A stretch of DNA of 64,000 nt from Adineta vaga (lineage: Eukaryota > Animalia > Rotifera), in NCBI GenBank assembly GCA_021613535.1, contig CP075496.1, positions 2,108,001-2,172,000 on the forward strand, read 5' to 3'. Shown here piece by piece: positions 44,187 to 57,529 of the stretch. Below the pieces are notes generated by a model, which ran no database searches, was not told where the DNA came from, and worked only from the letters and a program-made list of their open reading frames with translations. Numbering within the stretch: the stretch's first letter is position 1; each line of letters begins with the position of its first letter. Position numbers and translations under genes: made by a program.

Positions 44187-47100
44187 TGACCAGAGAAGCA
44201 AATATCTCAAATAAGGATAGAAGACTGAGAAAATATCTCTTATATTTTTCAATTTATATATACATAAAGGAAGTTCTCTCTCCAAGAAAACATAAAAGGA
44301 AAGAAAAAGAGCGAAAGAGAGAACGAGAGAAAATCCTTCTACAAGTCAGTTCTCTTTTTTGCGTCGCGTATTGTTTGTGTTAGAGTCTATTTGTTATCAC
44401 AAATAAATATGATTATATATGCATGGCAGATGACGAGTGAGCTAATGTGAGAAGAAACAAAAGAGAAATTCTAATTTTCTTTTTCGAAATATAATAAAGA
44501 TAAATATGATGATGATTTGAGTACATATTTCGAAAGAATAAAAGCTATGTTCTTCTTATAGATAATGGAATCTTAATGATTACAGAGAGGAAATAAGTAT
44601 TTTTGCACAAAGGATTGATTAGTTGTTAAAAGTCTGAGGTATGGACTTGAATGAACTTGATGATTAATGTAAATGTTGCACTTTAATTAAGAAAAAAACA
44701 TAAAGTTATTAATAGGTCGATTGATAACAGATGAGTAAATATTTTACTTAATAATTGCTTCCTACAGTATTAATAACATTTTTAAAACCAGATTTTGTTG
44801 TTTTTTAATTTTCATTATCCGATAAATACTAAGATTTTATTTAAACATCACGTGCTCTATCAGAATTTTGTTTTTGATGACAAATTATTTTAACAACGAA
44901 TCGAATTTCTATGAAAGCAAATGAAATGAACCATCATGTTCCTGAAAATCATGACTTTGATGTGTATCCGTTGAGTCTCTAATGGTTTAAAGAAGCATAA
45001 TAGACGATAAAGTTTACATTAATTAATTTCTAGCTCGAAACGTTTGATCATGTGATATTTATGAAGCATAGTCAAGAACAAAAAGTCAAAAGGTCGTTTG
45101 TCATGAAACTTGTTTAAGTCAGATTTTCTTCCGAAAATAATGAGTTAATATCATCGGACTGTTACTAGCTCAAGTACTCAAGTAAATATGGAACTAACTT
45201 AGGCTATAAGTTGTTTTTTCCGTTTTTCTTTCATAGGATAGGAAATTTTTTATGAATTGTCTAATAAATGTTCAACATTATGTCTATCTCAAAAGATAAC
45301 AAAAGTGCAACATCAATGAATAGAGTTTAATTAAATCATTATATATATAATAATAAGATTGATGAAAAGATTTTTCAATCATGTAACTTGCTCTTATATT
45401 AAACAGATTTAGTTGTTCACATTTAAAGTTATAATTACAAAATTCTACAGCTTATTATCGTTCTTACTTACTTCTTCGTATCATTTTCAAGATCCGTTTT
45501 GAGTACAAAAACGATAGAAAGGTCAAAAAATTACCGTAGGGGTTTAATATAAAAAAAAAAGCAAAGACAGGAGATCAGAAATACTGTAGAATGTTACACT
45601 CAATAATCATATTTAGTTCTTTGATTAATTCAAATTTATGCCTATCAACCGATAGAAGTGCATATAGAACAATCACTTTTAGTTCTCAAAATAACTTGAT
45701 CGGGAAATCAATGAAACGAAAGAAAAATATCTTTCGAAATGCTGAATAGGATTATTATGAATAGTTCTATGTTTTACATTAACAATTCACTCAATAAATT
45801 ATTTTCTTTAGCGTTTCTTTTTTTGTGGTAAAAATCATGTACTTATATTAAATATACTTGGTATGTGTGCCTGCAACAAAAGTACGCGTTATCGAGATAA
45901 GCAAATTTTTCTATATTTAAATTCTAAAACAATAAATGATACGTGATTATCGAGATAACAAGGTTTACCATTGAGAATGTTCACTAATTCAAGTTAAGAT
46001 AGAAGATCTATCATTTTCTTTTTGTCTTCAAAAGACGGATGGATACGAAAAGATAACATAAGGAGAAAAATCATTAACAGAATAAAAACTACCATGAGAT
46101 TTCCTTTTATTGCATGATGCATTACTCTGTAATCATCTTGAAATGGAGCGATAATAAAAGAAAAGTGTCACCTTTGTATTATTCTCAATAGAAAATATGA
46201 CTTTCCCGTCAATACGCGACAGATTCAATTTGCAAGACAAAAATTGTCACGCCTTTTCTGAAGAAATGAAAAAGAAATTCTTCTCACTCTTAATAATTTC
46301 GAACGGAAATTAACGACAAAAATAAGCATTTACATTCTCTTGAGTGCAACTGAGATTTGTTCGGTTAGAAATGCACCAAAATTCATTGATCTCATTCTTT
46401 TCTCAACAGTAAATAGATAAAGTTATTTTCGGATATCTAATCCCTATTATTTAATTTAATCTAAATGTGTCTTTCTACTTACCTTGTTTTCGTAAATTCA
46501 TGGTAATTAAATCAAAATCTCTTATTATATAGTTCAAAGAATACAATATTGACGAGAATAGAAGAACTGATCGACATCAACATGAAACATATTGTGAACA
46601 AAGAAAAAGAAAAGAAGTTAGATGAAAACTAGTCAATGCTGCTAGACAATATATATAAATAGATTTCTTCATTTTCTTCACACTCAAGATATGTTCGACT
46701 AATGAGTTTTTCTTTCGACTCAGTACTCTCTGTAAATGTATTCTTTCAATTTTCTTTTTCATACATTATTTGTTATAAAATGTAACAAAATCCATAGTTT
46801 TTATTTTATCAAATATGGAAGAACTAAATTGAATCGTTAACTTTGTTGTTCTTCTAAAGCCAGCGGTAAGAAGGGTTGCTTTAATATCATATTCTATTAT
46901 AAATATCGGAAAAGAAAACTAATACTCAAAAATAAATATTTCAGTTATTGGTAATACTATATTTATATTGCATGATTATGACAATGTTCTCAATAACTTT
47001 TTCATAATAAATAAATGAAATGATGCGAAGAGATGTAGGTGGTTAACATTAGTGTCATCTCGTTTAATATCTATTTGAAGAAACACGCGAAAAGGAAACA

Positions 47101-47486
47101 AAAAAGAAAAAAGTCTGTATATACTAATGTAGTTTTTATCATCGAATAAAAAGTACAATAACAACTATATTCAATTAATCATCATCAAAATAGACAAAGT
47201 GTTTGGCAAAGATCCATTTATAATATTTTTCTCTAATCTTATTAAAATATAAGAGATTCGATTAAAAGATGTCGATGATAATAACACATGAGTTAATCGA
47301 TGTTAATCCTTATCATAAATTCAACTATTTCTATTGAAATATACAAGCAACAAAACAAAATTGAACAAATAATGGAAAGAAACATAATGTAATGAAATCA
47401 TATCCGCCGAAAGATTAGCTGTTGATTTTTAATCTACAAAATATTCGGATAAACGAAACAACATTGTAATTTAATATAAATTGTGA

Positions 47487-50400
47487 TTATTTTTCTCTTT
47501 TTCGCCCACTGTTTTTCTTCTCATCATCATCGTCGTCGTCGTCGTCGTCGTCATCATCGCTATCACTATCACTTGAAAAAACATCGGTGCTCGTCGCGAG
47601 AGACACGTCATTTCTCTGATGAGATAATAATGTTGATGGATTATCGACGATACTTGAGAGTGTTTGATATGGAATCATTGAATCTGATACGGAACTCGGA
47701 CGAGATGGTGGTGACACGCAAAATTGATTTGATTGTACTTCTAGAATATAGATAAACATATCAGGAAACTATTAGTGTGATATCATGCATAGAAAATATT
47801 GTATTCCTTCCTTTAAGCAGTAACATATGAGAGAAAGATCAGAGTAATAAATGAAGTGAAAACATTATTAACATATATATTTTTTGCGGAAATCATTCAT
47901 ATGAATGATTAGTTCGCCAGAAGTCTGGATAGTCAAATACCTGGATGATGAGTTATTGTAGTTGATAATGATATTGGCACTGTTTCATTTGTTTGTAAAA
48001 CATGTGTTGTTAATGGAATATATGATGATGATGATGATGATGATGACGACGATATTGTCGTGGGAATTGATTCGGTTCGTCGAGGACGTGACATTGATCG
48101 AGATATTTCATTAGTTTGACTTTCTATACGAAAATAGATCATCAATCAAATTCTGAATACAAAACAAAAGCAGAAAGATTGTTAACTCACCTGCAGGAAG
48201 TGATTCTATAGATCGTTGTAATTTGGCAGAAGAAATCGGTTTGGAATGTAACTTATTATATCGATGTTTTGATGTCGTAGATATCTCATCTGTAATTGAA
48301 TCGATATCTGTTAGTGGTAGTGATAAACCTTCATAATGATTCGATTGTTTTTGATGATTTTGACGAGCATTAGTTACATATAATGATTGTCCATAATTTT
48401 CTATTGAACCATTTGAACGTTTTGTATAGATATTAAACAGAAAAGGATCAACTGAAACAAGATTATTATGATTTGTTTTCCATTTTTGATGTGATACATA
48501 TCCTGCTGCAGATGGATAATTTGATAATTGATTTTTATCAATATCGTTTATTTTGTTTTTATCTTGACGATCAGATTCGATTGAGTCAATTTCATATTCA
48601 TTTTCATCCTTTTTTATTTTCTTTGATTGTTGTTTTTTATTTTTATATACTGGTCGAATATATGCTGGTGTTAATCCAAAAACTGGATGATGATACATTT
48701 TAACTGTTTCGAATTTTTCAGCTTCTACAGATGGCATTGGTTCATTTCGGCTATGTTGCATTAGTGATCTTGCGCCTCTTGGTAAAGGTTCAAATGAATC
48801 TTCACCCATCCATCGATATGTTTCATCGGATGCACCGATACGTGCTCGTGATTGACCAACTAAAGATGTTTGTTGACGATCATCTCCACGCGCTCTATCA
48901 AGATAATCATCATAATTTCTACCTGGTAAAGAACTTGAACCAAATGTACGAAATTGCGTAACACGTGGTCCACGAAGATGACTATATTTTTCAAGCAATC
49001 GTTCATGATTATAATTTAAACGTTGTTGTTGAAGAAAATGTCGACGAATCATATTAGCAAAATAATTCTCAGTAGCCATTTCATCACTATTATTTGGCGA
49101 CGATTGAGAATTATCAGGTGAATAATTCATTAAACCTTGATTATTTGAATACGGTGATCCTTGAGGATAATTTAACATTTGATAATAATTTGCTAATGTA
49201 GCTTGAGTTATTGGAAACCCTTGTTGAGGTGGAACAAATGGTGGATACATCGGTGGCCAAGGTGGTAAAGGTGGTTGCCATGTTTGTAATGGCATCATTG
49301 ATGGTGCGAGTTGATCCGGTGACCAAGTTGGTTCAGGGTTGAGTAAAGGTTGCATTGCTAATACACGATTATTTAAAGGTGCTGGAAAGAAAACACTTTT
49401 ATTGTTTTTCGAACCTGCTGGTCTAAACAAAGTAATAGAAGATGAATATCTTTCTTGTCTAATTCTCTTATTTCCACATACTTGATCTGTTTTTGACTAT
49501 GAACAGCATCCAAAATGAATAGAATACCTGTTATAAGAAAAAGTACCATAGCAAAAACAGCTAATATATATGCCCAATTAACTGATAATGAATTAGGAAA
49601 TACTTTTGCACCAAATATCGATATGCCAATCAATGTAAAGATAACTAAAGAAAAATGAATACATTGAATTCTTTTTCAAAAAGCCAATTCTTTTTCTTAC
49701 AACAAAAAAAGAGTATTAATCCAGCCATTATATATGTAAACGTTGGTTGCTTAACTTTTTTCGAATCATAACCTCTTGAATTATGACGAAATTCTTTTCG
49801 AAAAACAACTAAAACAACTAATATAATCATTCCAAAAATATAAGCCATTAACATAAATGCTTGTGTTGCATTAACCCAAGCTATAGAATTCGAAAATAAA
49901 CAATCGATATAATTAGTTTAAAAATCTACTTACATTGATTACTTGGCGTATTTGATAATGTACAATAATTCGTTGTCGCTGCTTTTTTATATATTGATGA
50001 TAAATAACATTGTTTAAAAAGACCAATTTCAGCAAATATATATAAGACATCTTGTTTGGAATATGCCCATTCGGGACAACAAATAACAATCAGAAGTAAA
50101 AGTAAAGCAGAAAGATAAACGAAAAATCCCCATTCAATATATGGCCCATACCAGTTATCCCATTTCAATCGATTATTTCTATAAAACAAAAGAACCAATT
50201 ATGATTATTTTCATTGATTCATTCATTTCAATCTTACTGAAAACGTTTGAGAAATTCCAAAACATACATAACAAAAACAATGACTAAAAAGACACTAACA
50301 ATTACAGCAAATGCAAATGATACATGCATTTGCCAATTATTATCATGTCGTGAACCAACATAAGTAATCCATGCTGCAAATTCAAAAATGACTAAATTCA

Positions 50401-51150
50401 AAAGCAAAGATAAATATATTTTGAATTAGAATTTGTTTTTTGTTTTTCATACCAAATACATAGAGAATATAAAGTAGAAGACCGTACTTAATGGCTGTAT
50501 CTGATGTATTATAATTCGCCATTAATAAACTCCAAGGTCGATCACGAGTTTGTTGAGAAAAAACATAATCAACAATTAATAAAACCAGTACAATCAACAT
50601 AAAGACAAAATTAAATGTCATTAAAAACTGTACAGTTACAATATATGCTACAAAATATGGATATTTCTTTTCCTAATACAAGATAATTATCTTACCTTTT
50701 GTATTAGCAGTAGTAAAACTAATCGAATCAGTAGTTGTTGGAAAATCATTTGGTTGAGGAAAATAGAAATTTTGTATTGAATAATAATCAAAATTTCGTG
50801 CACTCCAAAGACCTTGGATTTACAAAACAAACGAATAATTATTCTTATAGATAATTTTAAGTAGTTTTCTCACCTGCACGAGAACTACTAATAGTTGAAT
50901 AGATTGACCAATAGGGAAGAAATGTTGCTAATGTTTGTAATAACCAAGAAAAACCAAGTAAGATAATAGCTGGTAAATGTAGGCTAGGTATACGAGAGAG
51001 TGGAGATGATTTGGGTTTCTTTTGTTGTGATGTCATTGGATACATTCCTCCTGGTTGATTCATAAACATTTCATTTCCTCCCGTATAATTCATTGGTACA
51101 ACAGCAATTCTTGGATCAAAGAATGGTTGATTAGGATTATTATCAATCAT
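47487..51150 (-). CDS. Tandem double claudin/PMP22-like (about 8 TM) protein with a long disordered C-terminal tail
   Basis: Repeat 1: PYW...GLW. Repeat 2: PEW...GLFKQC...C...WVNATQAFM...NWAYILA. Splice phases checked at several junctions link the repeats to each other and to ORFs 48111-49430, 47933-48145 and 47487-47759. Confidence 0.7.
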
Positions 51151-52057
51151 TTTTTCTTTATCTTTTCACAATTATCACAGGAATAACAAATGTATGACTA
51201 TGTGAATGTATATAAATAGATACATTCTAACATGTGAATAAGAAACACACCGTAACTATTGATATATTATACAATGATAGAGAAAGAAGAAGAAAAAAAT
51301 AACCAAATAGCCTCGAAGTGTTACAAAAAAATATGAATGAAATCACGACCGTTTTCTTTTCGTTCCCTTTTTTTTTATTTTCTTAGATCAAAATAAAAAA
51401 ATTAGTTAAGAAAATTTTCTTTCATAGAAGAGAAAAATCAATCTTTTTTTCAATTTATTTTATTTCGATTTTTGTTTAATTTATAAGTTTTATTTACCAT
51501 TCAATTCAAGGTTTACCATTGATTTACTTAGTTATTGATAAAAAGAGAGCCAGACTGATGGTTAACAAGGCCATTATTCTATACGTGTACGTTACGCTTC
51601 ATTAATATACACCTGTCTTTTTTTCTCTCTTAGACATATTAGTCAAACAAACAACGAGAATATCATAAAAAAAGAATTTTGAAATGATCAAACTAAAGAA
51701 AACTTGAAGTTTATTTTAAAAAAACCAAAAGAATAGAAATGGACTCGATCTTTCCTTCTTTTTTTTGTATTTATTCTGAACCCAAACAAACATTTAACTG
51801 TCATGTCTCAGTTTCTAACATTCTTCTTTCGCACCTCATTATGTATATATACACAAGGACAATAACAATATTATAATCAGAGGAAGGAAAAACGTTGCTG
51901 AATGATTTTCCCGGTACGCGTCCGGAAGGCGATAGAGAATGGCAATAAGAATGGTAACACACACATACTCAATAGAAAGTCAAGCATCATATGTATTTCC
52001 TAGTCGTTACAAATCAATACTAAATAAACAGTACATTATATCACATCAAGAAAGCCA

Positions 52058-53134
52058 ATGATAATTTTTCTCATTATCTGTTTAACGAATGTTAATCTTC
52101 TCAAATCGGATCAATACATTCCATTTTGTATAATTAGAAATATACTTTTGCTTTTTATAAATTTATTCATTTCTTTTTTCTCTTTATATCTATAGTTGTT
52201 ATGAAACCACATACGATTATCAATCAAACATTACATTCCTATTGTAAAGAACAATATGAATTTAATAATCGACCAATGTACATCAATTTAACTGAGTATA
52301 AACGATTTTTTTTATATTCATTCTATTTGATAATCTTGTATATTTCTTTACAGATGGCCTTCAGGTTTTATTTACGGACGTAATCCTTATGAAAAACTTG
52401 GTAGATTATATTCAACGAACGATATTTATCGAAATCTTGATGTTGTTTTTTTATCGTTTAGATTTTGATTATGACGAAGTTTATGAAGAATGTACTGTCG
52501 AATTACGAGCATCGAGTCATGATCAAATTCGTTTAGTTTTCGATTTATTTGAAAAGAACATTTCAGATGATTATGATCAAGATTATATTATTTCACTACC
52601 AAAATTACCATGTTTAAGAATTCGAGATGTTTGTTTTCTAATCAAATGATTCTTGATTTATTCTATATAATAACTTTGATTTAGAATGACGAAATAATTA
52701 CATACGATTGTTATACTTCATCTATATTATTAAAATCTCATCAAATGAATGAATATATATCTACGACAAATGTTCTTTATCTTGAACTTCTTCGCCCTTC
52801 AACATTATCATTTAATAATTATGATGAAAATCATTTGAATCCTAATGAATTAAAATTATTTTTTACGAAATTAACTCGAAAAACTAAACGTGGACTTTGT
52901 CCATTTCAACAGCTTATCGATTGTAATGATTCTTATTGTGTACATGAAAATGCACGTTGTAATGGTGTTGATGAATGTCGTTCGAAAACCGACGAAAAAT
53001 TTTGTACAAATCAAAAATCGAATAGCATATCGATTTATTCGCAATCATTTTCTTATTTGTTATATATTAGTATAATTCTATACGTGAATACATCGACAAT
53101 TAAAGGCGTAAGGTTGATCACAACCAACAACTGA
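52058..53134 (+). CDS. Secreted or membrane-anchored protein with an LDL-receptor class A repeat (possibly CUB-like N-terminal part)
   Basis: Signal MIIFLIICL, LDLa motif CPFQQLIDCNDSYCVHENARCNGVDECRSKTDEKFC, and a hydrophobic C-terminal segment. Confidence 0.75.
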
Positions 53135-53482
53135 ACAACGTCCGTGAGGAACGATGCCTCTTCCATCCACTGTTCTTGTACCAATCGTTGGTTGTCGACG
53201 AAGTGATGGTGTATTACGACGATAACCTTCGAAGAAAAACAATAACACTTTCAAAATCATCAAATAATAAATATACCAAATCGTCCATTGTAATTGACTA
53301 CTGGATTTGGATCACTTAAAAACAAATCATGTCCACGAACTTCATCAATGGAATGTCCTGAAAGCGAATGATTGTTTTTTGCTTGTTTTATTTCTGATGA
53401 AAATGTCATTTGCCTCAACCAAAACTATCAATCGATCATGCACATGACCAACAATGGATTCATGATTTTATGCGAAATAAAT
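52931..53482. repeat. Local duplication, copy A
   Basis: Direct repeat of 54705-55349 with two internal deletions. Confidence 0.95.
53078..53472 (-). pseudogene. Partial SPMAP1/C17orf98 pseudogene (exons 2-4 only)
   Basis: Exon 1 is missing. The exon 2 acceptor is AG>CG and its donor is GT>GC, and exon 2 has an internal deletion. The last exon has a 51-bp deletion relative to the intact copy. Confidence 0.85.
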
Positions 53483-54704
53483 CTCAACATGATAGCTTGC
53501 AGAAAATAGAGAAATTTACTTTCATTGTCTGCATTCGGAAAGAATGGTTTATATCCTGAAAAGAAGAGAGAGATAGAGAGAGAGAGCGGAAAAGAAAACC
53601 ATTCTTCTTTCTTTCAATTTTACATCATATGCTATATATACTTGAGCATTGATTATATATTTTGATAAAAATGAAAGTAAACCTCAGATTTCAAAGTATT
53701 CATGTGTAAAGAAGTGATTTCCATTTTTTATACCAATAACTTCTATGGCACATATGATCATTAGAAATCAACAACTATGAGTCATTCCTGTTCATTAAGT
53801 AAACATTTGACAATCCTACAAAAGCCGTACATTTGAAGTACGATGAAATATATGATTATGTCGAATGAATGATTTATAACTTGGTTTTCTATGCTTTAAA
53901 GACATATATTCTATTAAATTTGCGCTTTGCGTATTAGAATGTAACCATGGAATGACTGGTAATATATAATAGTAAGAGGAGAAAAAGCAAATTTTTCATA
54001 TCATCTTTCTTTCATATCAATCATATTTGTTAATCGAAAGAGATTAACTAATTTGCATCTTTGCATCTGGCAGATGTTGTATGTAATAGAATCTTTGCAT
54101 TCTTCTATTGATAACATTCTAATAGAATGGATTGGCATCAAGAACGATTCATTTATCTGAAATAAATCGGTAAGTAACTACAAAACTGAATCTAGTATTA
54201 GTTTTATTAATCAATTGATGTTATTGATACAAACAAATCGTCATAGATACAACGGGTAAAGAAATCAAGAATATAGACTTTCTTTCAGCGAAAACTAGAT
54301 TGAAGAATTCAATCTTGAACAAAAATCACTACAGTTGTTCTTCTCTTGAGTATCACCGATTCATAGTCTAACACGATTATAATTACCAAGTGAATAGTTT
54401 CACAGAGAATTGATTATACTGTCTATATTAAAGATTAAGAACTCAATAAACGATGAGAGAGTGTGGTGGTGATTTTATCTTTTCTTTTCTGTACAATTGT
54501 TTGGAAATATTATTGAAAACTTCGTAACATCAGAAGATTTCTTTACAATTATATATTTGATGTATTATCTAGTGTCCAGATGATAATGTCTAATAGATAT
54601 ATGATTTATCTTCTCTCTTGACCATTTTCTTATGTTATTCAATTAAATACAATCATTATCTTTCATTGAAATCTTTTAAAACAACGAAAATTTCATCCAC
54701 ATCC

Positions 54705-54902
54705 TCTTATTGTGTACATGAAAATGCATATTGTACTGGTTTTAACCAATGTCGCCCAAAAAGTGATGAAAAATTTTGTACAAATCAAAAATCAAATAGA
54801 ATATCAATTTATTGTCAATCCTTCACTTCTTTGTTATATATCAGTATAATTCTATACGTGAATACATCGACAAAGTCCCTTTTGATTATGACATCGACAT
54901 GA
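54705..54902 (+). pseudogene. 3' fragment of the LDLa gene
   Basis: SYCVHENAYCTGFNQCRPKSDEKFC...KSLLIMTST*. All upstream exons are missing. Confidence 0.8.
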
Positions 54903-55349
54903 TTGATCAAAGTTACAGCGACAATGAAAAGCATAAGGTTGACCACAACCAACAACTGAACAACGTCCATGAGGAACGATGCCTCTTCCATCCACTGTTC
55001 TTGTACCTATCGTTGGTTGTCGACGAAGTGATGGTGTATTACGACGATAACCTTCGAAAAAAAAACAATAACAATTTCAGAATCTTGAAATAATAAGTAT
55101 ACCAAATCGTCCATTGTAATTGACTACTGGATTTGGATCACTTAAAAACAAATCATGTCCACGAACTTCATCAATGGAATGTCCTGAAATCGAATGATTG
55201 TTTTTTGCTTGTTTTATTTCTGATGAAAATCTCTTTTACCTGAACCAAAACCATTTCGAAGTGCTAAATAACGAAAACCATGTCCGTGACTGTAGAATCG
55301 ATCATGCACTTGACCAGCAATGGATTCATGATTTTTAAGCTAAATAAAT
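54705..55349. repeat. Local duplication, copy B
   Basis: Begins tcttattgtgtacatgaaaatgca, as at 52931. Confidence 0.95.
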
Positions 55350-55773
55350 TGACAAGAAAAAAAACGAACAAGTTTGTTCCTAGTAGGAGAAAAAAGTTGA
55401 TAATTACTTGTCCAGTTTTGTCTAAAGTACGTTTGAGTCCGAAAAATCGAAAATAAGTGTCAGTTTGAGGATCAGTTTGTGCATTATAAGGTGGAATAAC
55501 TGAGCCTAATTTTGGATTTGCTCTTGAATAATCATTTGATATATTTGAAACAGCTTTACAATCAAGAATAAAACTTTGTTCTCGATCATATTGAACTTCA
55601 GGTGGTGGAGTTGGTGGACCACGATATAATTTGTTATGACGTGAACTAGGAAAACGCGTTCGAGAGGTACTTGCTCGAGATCTTGCTGTATGTTGTCGTG
55701 GAGTTCGAGCTGATTCTGACCGTTTTGGTGGACCTTGTTTCTCTCCTGCTGGTGCAGATGCTGAAGTGGACAT
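54852..55773 (-). CDS. SPMAP1: C17orf98/SPMAP1-like ciliary microtubule-associated protein, 4 exons
   Basis: EQSFILDCKAVS...PKLGSVIPPYNAQTD...YF...GHSIDEVRGHD...YNGRFGYRRNTPSLR matches recalled C17orf98 motifs. Splice sites are intact. Confidence 0.85.
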
Positions 55774-55933
55774 AATTCTTTTATAATCGAAAAGTTTTCC
55801 TATGGATTCACTTTTTCTTCGCTTTCGCCAAGATGATGATGATGATGATGATGGAATTTAATCTTTTGACAAAAGAGAAAAAAAATTCAAATGAAGAAAC
55901 GATTGTCGGTTTTTTTTTGAATCGACACCTTCT

Positions 55934-55947
55934 GCTACTACGACAAC
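55934..55947. promoter_or_regulatory. Candidate RFX X-box upstream of the SPMAP1-like gene
   Basis: GCTACTACGACAAC resembles GTTRCYATGGYAAC and lies ~160 bp upstream of the ATG. Confidence 0.35.
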
Positions 55948-56360
55948 AAAAACAACAGTATTGTCAACATGGTAGTTTAGAGACAATAGAGTATAGAATG
56001 AAATAAAAAGTTTACTTTCATCAGTTACATTGGAAAAGAATGATTTATATCTTAAAACGAAGAAAAAAAAACCTTTTTCTTTCTTTTTCTTTTTTCTACT
56101 TTATTTGCGATTGTTCTTAAACACTTGTCACATGTTTTGATAACAACGAAAGTAAAATATGGACAAATCTAGATAGACATAAAAACATAAAAACGAATTT
56201 GACAAATTTATCATGATCAATAAACGATTTACATTTCAAATACCGAAAACTTCGATTTCGCATAATTTTATGAGAAAAACGACTTATAAATTCATTCGCA
56301 TTTATAAGGCATTTCTCTTTGTTAAATAAACATTCAATAAAGCCTGCCAAAAATTGACTA

Positions 56361-56491
56361 GTCGGAATAAAACATACACCGAAATTTAATACGTTTCTTC
56401 CGAGTCAATATCCATTTTTTCCGTGTCAAATTATTCTAAGATCGTGGATAAGACATTGTCAACGAAAAAACAAACGAAGTTTTATTCCGAC
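56361..56491. repeat. 13-bp perfect inverted repeat pair (possible MITE relic)
   Basis: GTCGGAATAAAAC at 56361-56373 and GTTTTATTCCGAC at 56479-56491. Confidence 0.55.
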
Positions 56492-57529
56492 ATCGACTAT
56501 ATGCTTCATGTAAGATAATCTTCGCATCTTTTTTCGATTGACAGAATAAATCCGTATCATTTAAGGCTCATTTATTTAAGATTAGTCATAAAATAACGAA
56601 GATAGTTTAGTCAATTAAGAATATATTATATACTTGTTATTTCAACAATAAGACGATCAATGGAAAGAAGAAATCATGAAATATGCAGGAAACTGAAACG
56701 GCATGATATCATTTGTGGGACAAACAGATAATGTTAGCGAAAAAACATGCGCATAGTGTACATTAGGGAATACACATTTCGTTTTCGCAGTTAAAATCGC
56801 CTTCGAAATAAACTAAGTTGGTTTTGATTTCGCTATTTTTACTAGTGGAACATTGAATATAAAAGGAAAAATTCCATAAAGATAGGTTGTTAAAAAAACA
56901 AATTTTAACTTATTCAATCCTATAGATGAACAGAATATTTCAACAAATTAAACAATGAAATCATTAATATATCTTCAGAATCATTCATCAAATGATTCTC
57001 ATGACTGTAACAACCAGAATTTGAAGATCATAATGAGATTTATCACATTTCCGACAATACTATCTTGCTATATAATTTAGTCATAGAATTACTTTTACCA
57101 TTACAGAACTTTATTTTTGAGTATTATGAACATATCACAATTTTATTATTTCATAGAAGTTCTTTGTGATTTATACACTCTAGTAAATACATAAAAATAA
57201 GTACCAGATAAATAAATATTTATTTATTTATTCTTTTTCAAATGTTAATATTTGTTAGTTAGATAATTCAACTTAACTTCGGCATTGCATTTACATAGAA
57301 CTAGTTATTCTGTACGAATTAGAAATACAACGAAAATAATAAGAATTGCGAATTTCATCGTAATACAGACATTTAATTTTATTCGTATTTTTATATATCA
57401 TCAAAATATGACAACAATTCAACATATTAACAAATCATAATTTATATACATATTTGTTTTTCTTTGTTTGATCTAATAAAATAACTTGAAAGTAAACACT
57501 AATACACAAATGAATTATTAGAAGATATT

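Noticed and set aside
51908-51930. GC-rich quasi-palindrome ttcccggtacgcgtccggaagg between divergent genes
   Set aside because: Too short and single-copy to support an ncRNA or a specific binding site.
53540-53607. Short inverted repeat aagaatggttt/aaaccattctt around a GA repeat
   Set aside because: Short, AT-rich and without TSD or partner termini; not enough to call the 1.2-kb spacer a transposon.
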